Assembly: GCA_964187785.1 (NCBI GenBank)
Contig: OZ076409.1
Location: 79,610,001 to 79,674,000 of the forward strand
Source: Amphiscolops sp. MND2022
Lineage: Eukaryota
Length of the DNA stretch: 64,000 nucleotides
Direction of reading: 5' to 3'
This document shows, piece by piece, positions 49,887 through 61,500 of this stretch. A program made the translations under genes and the position numbers. The first letter of the stretch is position 1. Each line of letters starts with the position of its first letter. The notes beneath the pieces were generated by a model. The model saw nothing but the letters and a program-made list of their open reading frames with translations. It was not told the origin of the DNA and did not search any database.

Positions 49887-50620
49887 TGTTACGACAAGCT
49901 CTCACCATTGTCGCCGTAACCATAAGAGCAGGAGGAACACATGGCATGGGTATTTGCCCGGGACAGGCGCCCATGGCCATGAGTCCATTTTGCCTCCTTC
50001 GGGTAAGAAATGTCCCGTCAGAGGAGGATTCCGCTTCTTAAGAAGTGCTCGCCGGCCTGATCCAGTCTGTAATTGCTAACAGTAGCGCGCATTACGCTTT
50101 TTCTTCGGAACCAACGCTTAGATAGCCTTTAAAAAATGCAAGTGGTGGAAAGGAAAAATCAAGTTTTTTAGAAGTTACACAGGAAATCGAAATGAGTAGC
50201 TCACGAGCTGTTACAACAAGAAAATACGAAAATTACTACATAATTAGCACTTTTGAGGCAGCAATTAGCCGAGGACACAAGCACGGATGCTTGGTCAAGC
50301 CAATTGACTCATTTTCGGTAATCACAGCGTCTTGTAACGCTTCGCTGAAGAAAGCACTGGCTAGAACAAAGTTCAGTCCGTTTTGACAGAAATTTGAGTC
50401 TTTTTCTGACAGCGGCCGTGTTTTTCTGCAGTCTTCTCGTTCGGTTGGGGTCTGCCCGGAGTCTTTTGCTCAAATTCTCTTCAATTCTGTGGGCAGGTAC
50501 TTGAATAAAGACACGCTGCCGTCCAGCGGAATATGACTTTTCAGTAGAGGGGATATAGTCCCTTGAACGAAATTTTCATCGAAATTTTCGAAATCGTGTA
50601 CTCGATAGGTAATCGCTACA
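49887..50620 (-). repeat. 5' LTR of Gypsy element (may extend to 49876)
   Basis: Direct repeat of 31281-32014. Confidence 0.95.
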
Positions 50621-52597
50621 GACTGTAATAGTCGGACTTTTTTTAATAAAAGCGCCGACTAAAAACAATTCCTAGCCTTCCTGAGTGTTCCCTCATACAT
50701 CACCTGAAAATATTGACATGGCTAAAATACATTAATTTAGATTTTATCGGCCAATGTAATCTAGCATATGTCATATCTACTTGATTAATGAGAATAGCAC
50801 ATGAATAACAAGCGTTTCTCAAGAGAGAGCAGTTTTTGCAGTTCAATTTGAAGAAGTCTATGTTAGTGTTGAATCTAGACCCCTGTTTATAATAAGGACC
50901 ACATGCAGCTAGAAGGACCTAGGTCATGACTATCTGGGTCACTGCGTCGCCTATTTTAGCAGTTAAATAATGACCCGCTAAACTGTAGCATTTTCAACGA
51001 AACAAAGAAATATACCTACTGTGCAAGCAGGTGTTTGTCAGTGATATTTGCTAGCTGGGTTGATAGGAGAAAGATGTGTTTTTTGTTAAACAGAAAAACT
51101 CTCAAGTTGGAAGATTTCTGAAGCGCAAAATCTTTATATCTCCCAAAGAATCGGTTTCAAAATCGTTTATTTTGTGGAAAATGGAATCTTAGCAGCTATA
51201 TGATTGCGGTAAAATCTTTTTCGATACGGCTGGGACAAGTGGTCATTTCAACACTGAAACTAAATTTTAAAATTGGCGAGTACAAAGAAACTTATTCTGA
51301 ATTTTGAAGTATGAAGTTTTTTCACAAATTCCAATTCGTTTCGATTGAGTTTTGTGAAGTCTAGTCTCAAAAATATTTCTAGTAAATTCCGTAACAGTTT
51401 CCTACAAACTTTCCCCAGAAAAAGAAAAGGAATCAAACTTAAGCAGCTGTTGCTGAAGAAATTTTTCTAAGGAAAAAACTTGAAACAAAAATGTTTCCCT
51501 GTTCCAGCAAGTGGTTTTTAATGTTAGCAAGTCGCTTTCTTCTGGGATAAAACAAAGGGAATATTTTTGATGCATTTATTGATTTATCTCTCATAATTCT
51601 GAAGCTTATATTTTTCAATAACTTTCCCCAAACAGTTCGGACGTATTTACAGATTTCATTTTTTTTCAGAATTTAATTGTTGGACAATTTTATTAACAAG
51701 AACTTCATTGGTGGAAAGTTTATCAGAATTTCCAATGATTTAACCAATTTAATTGAACCAATTTCGAACGGCTCTAGAAAGAATCGAAAATCAAAAAACA
51801 CACAGCCAACTTATTTATATATATCACTTTCAACATTCGATTCGAAGGGTTGATATAAATAACAATCAATGACGATTTCAGCATTGCCTTAAAGCAACGT
51901 TTAAAAAGCAAAGAACGAAGTCTGAAATTTAGTCAGAAAACTCGTAACTTTATCTGGGAAACCCATGATACGTAGATCTCCAGGAGTTGTTTGAATATGA
52001 TCTTTCTGATTCGCTGTGAATTTTACCTCATGAATAAATCAACTTTTACCCAACGTTCGATTTAAATCGCGCCTTGCACCGGTTTTCGCGTAACAGCCCA
52101 ACTTTGGGGGCCCAAATTTATATCGATCTCGGAAAAAAAACGTCTAACGAAATGTCATTCTCTTTTTATGCCTAAATACATTGAATTTTAAAACCTTTTT
52201 CCTGAATACATTAATCACGCACCCCAAAAGCAGCAAGCGAGGATTTTTCAACTTTCAGTGTTCAATGGCCAGTTTTTATGTAGCTCACTGCTCAGTTCAC
52301 ATTATTGCATATCTTGAGGCATTTATCAGTCAACTTAATGGCTGATAGTTTCCATTCTTAGCGTTAATATTGACTTCCGAAAAAAAATTGACAAATCAAA
52401 AACTTTTTATGAATCATTTTGACATAAGTTTTGCAATATTGGAAGGTCAGAAATTTCAAAACAACGTCTCAAATGAGAAAGTGAAATCAAATTCGGAGTT
52501 TTCGGACTGATTTTTATAGTAAATCATTTTTATTGTAATTAATTGCCTGATTTCAGAGAAGAATTGGTGGTTGATATAATGTGCTTTTTCTGCATCG

Positions 52598-55500
52598 TCA
52601 TGAAGAAATTGGGAAAGTTCTCGATCTTTGATTATCCAAATTAGGGCAGATACAATGTGGATCGTAGATAATACCTGCATCGTGACATGATCTCGAACCA
52701 GGAACATTCTCATCAAATATGTTGTAAGCCTTCACTTCTGCAAGTTCGATTTTTTCCCTGTTGCCATTCAAAACTTCCACTATCGTTTTATGGACATCAA
52801 ACATGGAAACCAGTTTGAAATAGTTCTGTCTCACAAAATCGTTTTTGGCAGTTTTTCGTCTCAAGATGTGCATTAAAGGTGTCTTCATTTCTAGTTCGGG
52901 TCCCTCTGATTTGAGCAGTCGATATATACCATTCAAGTGATTTCCATGGTCTGATAGCAGAAAAATTGTCGTATCTTGGGAGACTGCTGTTTCCAGGGAC
53001 TTCAGAAACCGAGTCAGGGGGTCATCCATGTACTGAACAAGCTCTCCAGTCCATTCATGTGCCTCTGGAATGTACGCCATGAAGAATTTCGGCAAGTCCG
53101 GATAAGTTTCCCAGAAAGACACTGCGTAGTCCATGATGTATTGGTAGACTGGTTTGCCGTACAGACATCTTTGTAGCATCGAAAATCCACCTGAATGTTC
53201 ATTTTTGTTTTTTTTTCAACTGAACATAGTAACGCTGCAAAAGCAAAGTTACACTTTTTGCATCCTTACGGTTCTGAGTTGGAATTTTTCGTTCTCTTAT
53301 GAGAACATGTTCGATTCAAATAATGCTAGCTCTGATAACTTTTTGGAAAATTCTCATATGAAAACAATAATCGTGCTTTTGTTTCCCCACAACTCAATTT
53401 ACACTCAAAAAGGAAAATTTCAGCCGCTATTCCCTATGTTGAAAATAAAATATTTTTCAACCGTGTTTTTTCCCAATTTTGGCCATAGTTAAAATTCATT
53501 CTCAAAACAAAGAATTTCTTCAACAAAGCTTAACGGAGAAAAAATAGGCTCATAGTACTGCATGGAGGTATTTGAAATTTTTGAGAAAATTTGAGTTGAA
53601 ATATAACTATGCGCTGGAAAGGACAATGAAAGAACAAAAAAAGATAAAATCATTCCGGTGAAATTCTGAGACAGTTTGACTTTCGAGAACTATAATCAAA
53701 TTTGTATTCAAGAAAGTAATGTTCATTTAAAGGATTATGTTGAATCAGAATTAAAAGTAAACGTCATTTTTAGTCGGCGTTTTTCGTAGAAAACGCAGAC
53801 TATAACACTGGCTTTTTTAAAACCGACGAAGTGACAGACTTTATAGGCTTTATAAGCTGAGCCGTTTGAAGAAGTGTGAGCGTATTTAGATTTTGATCGG
53901 ATATAACGTTTTCAAAGTTCGGATATAACGTTTTCAAAGTTCGGATATAACGTTTTGAAAGTTCGAATATAACGTTTTCAAAGTTCGTATGTAACGTTTT
54001 AACCCTAATCAACGCAGCGTTACCATATGGCAACATACCTTTCTTTTCAATTTCTAATCCGTTTTGCCAGTAGCCCATATTCTCTAGCACAATTTTTTCT
54101 CGAAAATTCCTTGGTACCTAGATTGGTTTGAATGGCACAAGACTTAAGAAAAATGAATATGTCTCCAAAACTGAGAAAAATGACTTTTTTGCACAAAAAT
54201 GGTCCTTTTTCTCCTAAATTTCCGTTTTCAACGAAATCCAGATTTCTCAAAAAACTTTGACCCATAACAAAACCAACCCCATACACTTGCACAACCACTA
54301 CCTTCGCAAATGATCCCAATAATATTCTGTTGTTACTACAAGCCCCCGCGCAGCGGGCCGCACGCAGTGCGGAACGGCCGCGAAGCGGCGGTACCGGAAA
54401 AAGAAACTAAAATTCTGAAGGAGAGGGGGGGCGGCGACAGGGGCTCACCTGAGCAAAATGAAAGCCCAATACCAGATCTTTCAAACGCGCTATGGCTCAT
54501 TTCTCTGGTAAGCGTAGTTGTGGAAATATTGATGGTTTGAAATTTTTTATCAATCTGTTTGAAAATTTGCAAACATACTTGGGTCAAAGAGGGTTAAAAG
54601 TTCGGATATAACGTTTTCAAAGTTCAGGTGTAATTTCGGCTTTGTGAAATTTTTTCGAATTTTTTGGAGTTTTGCGACATAATGGATGAAAAATCTTGAA
54701 GGGTCCCCCTGGCGCGCCTATTCGGTCCAACTTTATGGTTTTTCCGGTACTGTAGAAGAAAATACTTTGACACTTAGAGAACTCCTTTTGTTTTTTGAGC
54801 ATTAGATATGGCGCCGACTTGGGCCATTCCTGGCTTGTTAAAGATAAATATTAAATTCATATGGCAAAACAGTAATTTCGAAATTAGTCAATTGAGGTCG
54901 TGAAAAAACTTGGGGTGGCTAGTGGGATTTAAGAGTGCTACAAAAATTTTTCGTGAGCTCATTTGGCATTGCATTAATGTACCAGATGATGGTTAGCCTC
55001 TTCTTGGCTTTAGAGTTAACTGAAAGCGCTAACATGCCTTAAAAGTTGTCTGTCGTTTAAACGACTGTAACCAAAGCTTGACATTGGAATCCATAACATA
55101 CCCTGTAAGCATTACGACGCATAACCCTACACGTTTTGAAAAGAGCGGAATTGACTGCTAACCGCACTTAGCACCTGCAAGACCTGGAATCCGCTGTTTT
55201 AAATGACGGATTTCAAAGCCATACTTTATAACAAGTGCAGCGGAATCCGCTTGCATTTGTTTCTGGATTCCGGGGACAAATCTCTTTACATCAAGTTTTC
55301 AGTGGATTCCGGAGGTAAATCTTATTATATTAGGCAGCAGTGGATTCCGCAGTCACTGTACCGGAATCCGGGGTCATATAACCGAGAGAACCGGGGTCAT
55401 AATCTGAGAGCGTATCATGTTTTGAAAACGCACCAAAAAATTTCAAGAATCTACAGTAGAAGTGATAATGCCCAAATATGGCAGCATAAATACTTTCTTT

Positions 55501-58500
55501 CCAGAGAGCCCTTTCTATTTGAGTTCATTTTGGGGCTTACTTTTCTTCAATTTCATTTTTATGAAAGACTGCTGACCTTTGACGAAGCTGTATGGGTTGT
55601 CACCGTCAAAAACGTTGGGGTCACAGAAGGCGAGTTTGTGGTCGTGAGGGGGTAGACAAGTGAGCACGACATCTTCTATCTCCAGTTCGTTGTAGTTGCA
55701 CAATGCCCCGGCATATCCTGTTACGTAACCATTGTTCACAGCCGTGTGGAACAAACTCTCCAGACATTTGTCCAATCCACCGTCTTGTCTAAACAGAGAT
55801 GTGTTCTTTTTTAAGTTGATTCTCATTGATTTTTGGCAACTAATTGACAAATAAAGAGTAGAGGGTCAGAGAATTTCGTCAAATTTACCTCATATCGGAT
55901 TCAGCAGTGCAATGAGATGATCAAAATACACTGTTAATCATTTCAGCCGTGGCCAAACAAATGAACTGTCAAAAACTTTAGTGAATGATAGTATATGACG
56001 TCCCATGGAAGTAGTTTTTGGACGCAGTAGGGAAATATATCGTTGAAAGATAACTTCTGCAAAAGATCCTACCTTATATAGTTTTTGGCTCTGTGTGTAA
56101 GTCAAGAAACATTGAAAACTGTGATGAGAGTATGAGAGTGTTGCTTCCTTTTTTTTCCAAAACAACTGAGTTCTGCCTATTTAGGGTGCAACTTTTTTCT
56201 CCATTCTGACATTTTGAGAACAATGCTCAAATTTTTCATGTTCGTATCGAACGAAGGACAATCTGACGTCGACTTGATTTTTTATATATGTTCTTGGCAG
56301 CTTTTTGTAGTTTTTTTGAGATATCTGAAAGACCAGAAACAATTGATTACTATCTTGAATAGGTATGTATCATTTGCTCAAGTATCATTAACGTTGTTTC
56401 TATCAGCTACTCTTTGAGTATCATCAAAGGTTCGCTCCTGTATCAGCTCTCCATTTTCTAGAAAGCAACTGTCTGGTTGAGGAAAATCTTGAATCATTAT
56501 TTCAATGAAGCAATGGATGTTGTGGTAAATAATAATTCACATACATTCTGATTCCTGAGAGCTATAAGTGACTATTTGAAAGGAATATTGAGGTGATATA
56601 AAAAAGAAGTTTATGGAGATGAAAACACAATTATTGAAAGTGTGACGAAGGACATAAAACACTTCAAACAGTTGCAAGAAGAAAAACGTCATCTCCTATA
56701 CAATTTTGATTTTATTCAAATAATTGATATATTCAAGTACTTCCGAGTCGAATACGGGCAAAAAATAGTACAATCTTTTCAATAATCGAGGCAAACTTAT
56801 CACGAAAAAATAGACTTCAAAATCTACGAGAAAGAGAGTTCAACCTAATCAATTACTTCATTTTTTGAAGTTTTCACTGGAAAGAAAGAAGATGATTGAG
56901 TCTGGAATCAACTCAACCAAACGTATCCTGTCGAAACTTGAAAAGTTGGGTGATAGCAAGAACGAATATTTATTATTGACTGGAACAGAGCTCATAAAAC
57001 AGAAGACTACTGAAAATTGTGAATGAAAGAGCTGATTTTGTCAGACATTAAAGTTCTTGTTTTAATTATCTCCTTCCTGCGAATACATCAAGAACTTGTC
57101 GACCACAATCTTTCAGTATGGTCTTTCTTCCTTTCTCAAGAGGAGAAAAATTTCCTGAAAATTTCTTTCTGGACGTTTTGATACTATTCTATCTACTTCA
57201 ATTGTTGCTAAAGTATTGCCAGTTCGCTCTTTGTCGTCGCTATCAAAAAAACTAATGCCGGGTATTGACACAAATAGATCTGAACAAACATATGATGACG
57301 GAAACTTCAACATATCTGGATTGATTTGGAACTTTTTTGACGAGAAAAGAGTTGTTCAAATCGATTTTCTACAATCGATGCTCATGAAAAAAACGCATGG
57401 TGATATATTCCACACAGCAGGAAAAGTTTGATGAAAAATTTGGGTTTTTGTTTGTTGAAACCAGAGAAAGTTTTTCTCAGAGGAAATCCGTCGTAAAACG
57501 TTCATTGCAACTAGAGCTGTCCTAGAGTTGAGGAAGCACCTACTGATGAAGGATTTCTGCATTCGGGCTCTTTTTCGAAAATCTGCTTTAAATACTCGCA
57601 ACTTGTTCTATAAAAAACAACTTGAAGAAAAAATTGAGTCTTCAACTACTTGCTATGTTCTGTTACATTTAAATCAAATTGAAGACACAAAACAAAAAAT
57701 TGGAAATGGTAATGGTAATTTTTGTCTGAAAGGCCTCGAACCAAGATATCAAAAACGCGAGAATAGTATCTGAATATGATTTATTGTCCGATATAGATAT
57801 TATGAACATTTCGATTGTAAATCAGGGGTGTTCAATTAATTATTGCAAAGAACAATTATTGCAATTGAACAATTACAATTATTGATTTAACAACTCTGTT
57901 TTCCAACAATTATTGATTGCGCGTAATCCTGTGAGGAAATTATTAATTGCAGTGTAACATTTTCCCTGAATTCCACCTACCTCGAACGTGGCAGAGCAAC
58001 TTTTTAGTCGAGCAAAATTTATGATGACTGATTATAGAAAGAAACATTCGCCAAGCAATTTTGAGTCTCAAATGTTTTTGATGATTAAAAAAATTTTGGA
58101 CTCATTTTGATGTACAAGAAGTTTTGTAAATTCAAGCTTCTTCATCAGTTTGTTTTTGACCACAATAATTTCAATTATTGATTTTTTAGAAGTGAAAAAT
58201 CAAATTATTAATGTTTGAAGGATTAAATATAAATATATTGATTATATTGAGTGTGACAAACAGTTTTCATTGATTTGATCAAAATTTAGAAGATGGCTTG
58301 ATCGGAAACAGAGGTCGTGTCCCAGGCTGCCACCTGCGATGGAAATTAAAATTCCATGATGCACGCCTATCCAAAGGAACGTCCAAGCACGATTCCTTTG
58401 AAATGGAGAACAGCACAAAAAGAAAAGCACAAGAGAAACCAGATGAAACTGAAACTATTTTAGACTAGATATTATGTTTTCAATATTTTAAACTACAATA

Positions 58501-61500
58501 CAAAAATTCGTATTAACAAATGTGAAATGCTATTTTAGCTATGTGAAGTGGCTTTTGTAAATATTTTTAGGTTAAAGGAACTAAGAATAGGTGCATGACT
58601 CATATAAAGTTCCTTGCCATCGTGGTCAGAATATGGGAGGCCATGTTGAAAACAACTGGGACACACGATTTGTATTTGCTATTACTGTAAAGTTTAAAAC
58701 GTTGTACTATCAAAAAAAGACAGGAATATAAAAAAATGTTAGTGAACACTCTCTTCAATGCCTTCAAATAGAAGGCAGAAAACCCAATCAAGGTGTTCTA
58801 GAGAAATGAACATGGTGTCCGACTGTGGAAACATGGTGTCATGAACATTACGATGTGTTCTATCACCGTGTTCATTATTGAGAGTAGTTCTAGTTTTCGC
58901 GTTATACTGAACTTCGGAATAACTTTCCGGTCTCTCGTCGGATCTCTCCCATCCCCTTCTAGTCTCTTGTCCTGAACCGGCCATAATAACGTTTTGAATT
59001 TGTGGCAAAACTTGGTTATTGATGGCATCACTTATGGCTCTCTGGATTTGAGAACCAACACTGTTCATCATCTCATCCATCTCCCTAGATATTCTAGAGT
59101 TTAGTTCACACGATAACTTATTGATCTCAGCTTGAGAATCTATACTCGCTGTGATTCGGTCGTAACCGGCACTAGTCCCAGTTTCGGGATTTCTATGATC
59201 AGAATGGAGATTCATTTCCTCATTTTCTAAGTTATTGCTTGTAACACTTTCCTGCCTTCTAATGGAAGTTCCATCGAGACTTTCGTCTCTCCTCATGTCA
59301 TTGAAGTGATTTTCACCTAACATTATGTCAAGGTTTTCAATGTCAGAGAGAATCTCTAATCCTCTAGATTTCCTTGCTTTCTTTTGCTTTCTTGTAGTAG
59401 GCATTAAGACTGAACCGGATTGAATACTTGAATTATCAATTCCGAAATGTTAACAGTGAAACCGTTTGTATTATGAACGTCTTTATCAAATGAAGAGAAA
59501 TACAAGGTATGAGTCTTCCTGCAGGGGTACGGGTATTTATACCCCTAAAGGGATGACACACACATTTTTTACATAGTTTGATCAAGACAAATCATAGGAT
59601 TTTACAATCATCATAAGAAAATCCCCGACAACTACATCTTTCCGGGGGACATTTAAGGAATGGAATCCAGATTCATCATCTTAAGTAGCAACTTCAAACA
59701 ATTTATCGGTTAGGACCACTTAATGTGTGATGTAAACAAATACCACAACTTGCATATTTTATAGTAACATCAAACGAAGGCACGTGCCGGCATGAGTTTA
59801 CTGCGAATTGAGTTGAAAACGGAATGCATTACTATGTGTGGAATTCTAATACTGCATTGATATCCACGAGAATACACTCGCATATCAGGGCCGGAATAGG
59901 CCCAAATCCATAACATGTATTGCACATATGAAGAACATGGTAAAAAGCCTTAGTCGTCTCTTTATCCAAATCAGAAGTATACAAACATCAAAACGTCACA
60001 ACCGTATTCATTTAGTCTAAAACATGATTCTAATAGCTCCGCGTAAGTACTGATCCAATTATGTAACAAAAGCACCATTAAGCTCGAACTGGCCGGAGCC
60101 GTCCATTTGACTGTGGGACTGATTTAAATTAGCGCCGCTTAGTCAATTGACCATATCCGGCCATCATAAATAAAGCACTCATAATTAGTAAAAGGAGAGC
60201 TCTGATTGGCTAATAACCGTACTGAAAGTTACATCGCCGAGAAGGGACGTTTTCTTACTTGAACACGTTTCCTTCTCGCGATTAACTCGCTTATTGTACG
60301 TTACCGCTTTGATTAATTTCAACAACTTCCTTTTACAATCTCAATCACAACTTGATTTGGATAGCTCCAAATCGTAATTTTAACAGACTAATATCACGAA
60401 CAATTATATAAAAATGCACTTGAATAAATAGAATGAATGGGATTAACTAGTAAATATAAGTTTCAGTAAGGGAAAGTTTAAAACGTGGGTAGGGTACCTG
60501 GGACGATTTCCTGATTTTCCGCTGACGTTGTTATTAATGTGCCGTCACAGGCGGCAGCCTGCGACACATGGGTATTATGCTCTATGAGCACAACTAAAGT
60601 TCTATAGAAAAGAATTCAGAAAAGTGATTAGCAGTTCAGTTGGTCATGAGGACTCAGAAACAATCCCTTCGCACGGAGAAAATTCTTCACAAGAAAACGT
60701 GAACACAAATTTTGGGTGTGGTATTGATAATGTTAGGCCTGATATGCTCTTGGAATCAAAATAGGCTTTATCGGGAAAATGAATTTCAGGTTACTCCAGG
60801 AAATGGATTCACTCATGAACGTGATGAAGACGTAGATAAATAGGGCAATCAATTCTGCAATCGAACATAGACTGATTCCTTAGATACAAAGTAATGTACG
60901 ATAATTGCCTTTTAGAGAAACGAACTTTGGGATGGGTACGTCTACTTGTCATCAGGGTCTCGATGATCAGCCGGATGGGTCTCAAAGAAATTTAACAAAG
61001 AAGGATTCTAGATCAGCCAAGGAAATTAGAGGGAGATGCAGACCTAGGTCCTTACAAAAAACGAGGAAAAAACGGGAAATGGGGAAAAAAGAGGTACGTG
61101 AACAGACAAGTAAATAGAATTGGTCACATGGAAAATAAATCATTGGAAGACTCGAGAATTCGATAGTTGCATGAATACTATTTTTATACAGGTCCAAAGA
61201 GTTGTAAATATTGCTATCAACGGTAGAATAACTCTCTAATTAAAACTGGCGATGAGCGCAGCTTATGATAACGCAAATTTGAGACATCTTTATTTCACGA
61301 GGAACTCGAGCCGTTTTGCGCTCCTAAAGAGTAGAAGAACCACTTTTTTGTGGAACAGTGCAAACAATGCAGGTTGGCAATGACAGAAGCCGTGATGCAA
61401 GACCTCACAGGAAGGATCGATTTTTTCTTTATTTTCTCTAATTTTTCAGTTTGCTATGAGCATAAAACGTAACCAAAAATGCAACCCAAAATAAAACTAA

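Larger units (their letters stand above)
31281..50620 (-). mobile_element. Giant (19.3 kb) Ty3/Gypsy LTR retrotransposon with extended Pol and a large accessory ORF
   Basis: Two near-identical 734-bp LTRs, a tRNA PBS, a purine-rich tract, and gag-PR-RT-RNaseH-IN domain order. Inserted in a recognisable repeat whose two halves flank it. Confidence 0.96.
53768..54838 (-). mobile_element. Helentron-associated-like repeat containing a 22-bp minisatellite and a nested TTAA element
   Basis: Termini ttttagtcggcg ... gcgccgacttgggccattcctggcttgt. Confidence 0.6.

Noticed and set aside
53898..54625. 22-bp repeats as CRISPR, or the 96-aa ORF over them as a gene
   Set aside because: The units are contiguous with no spacers, and the ORF is just the repeat translation.
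60090..60163. tRNA gene
   Set aside because: No TTC T-loop or cloverleaf; it folds better as a single long hairpin.
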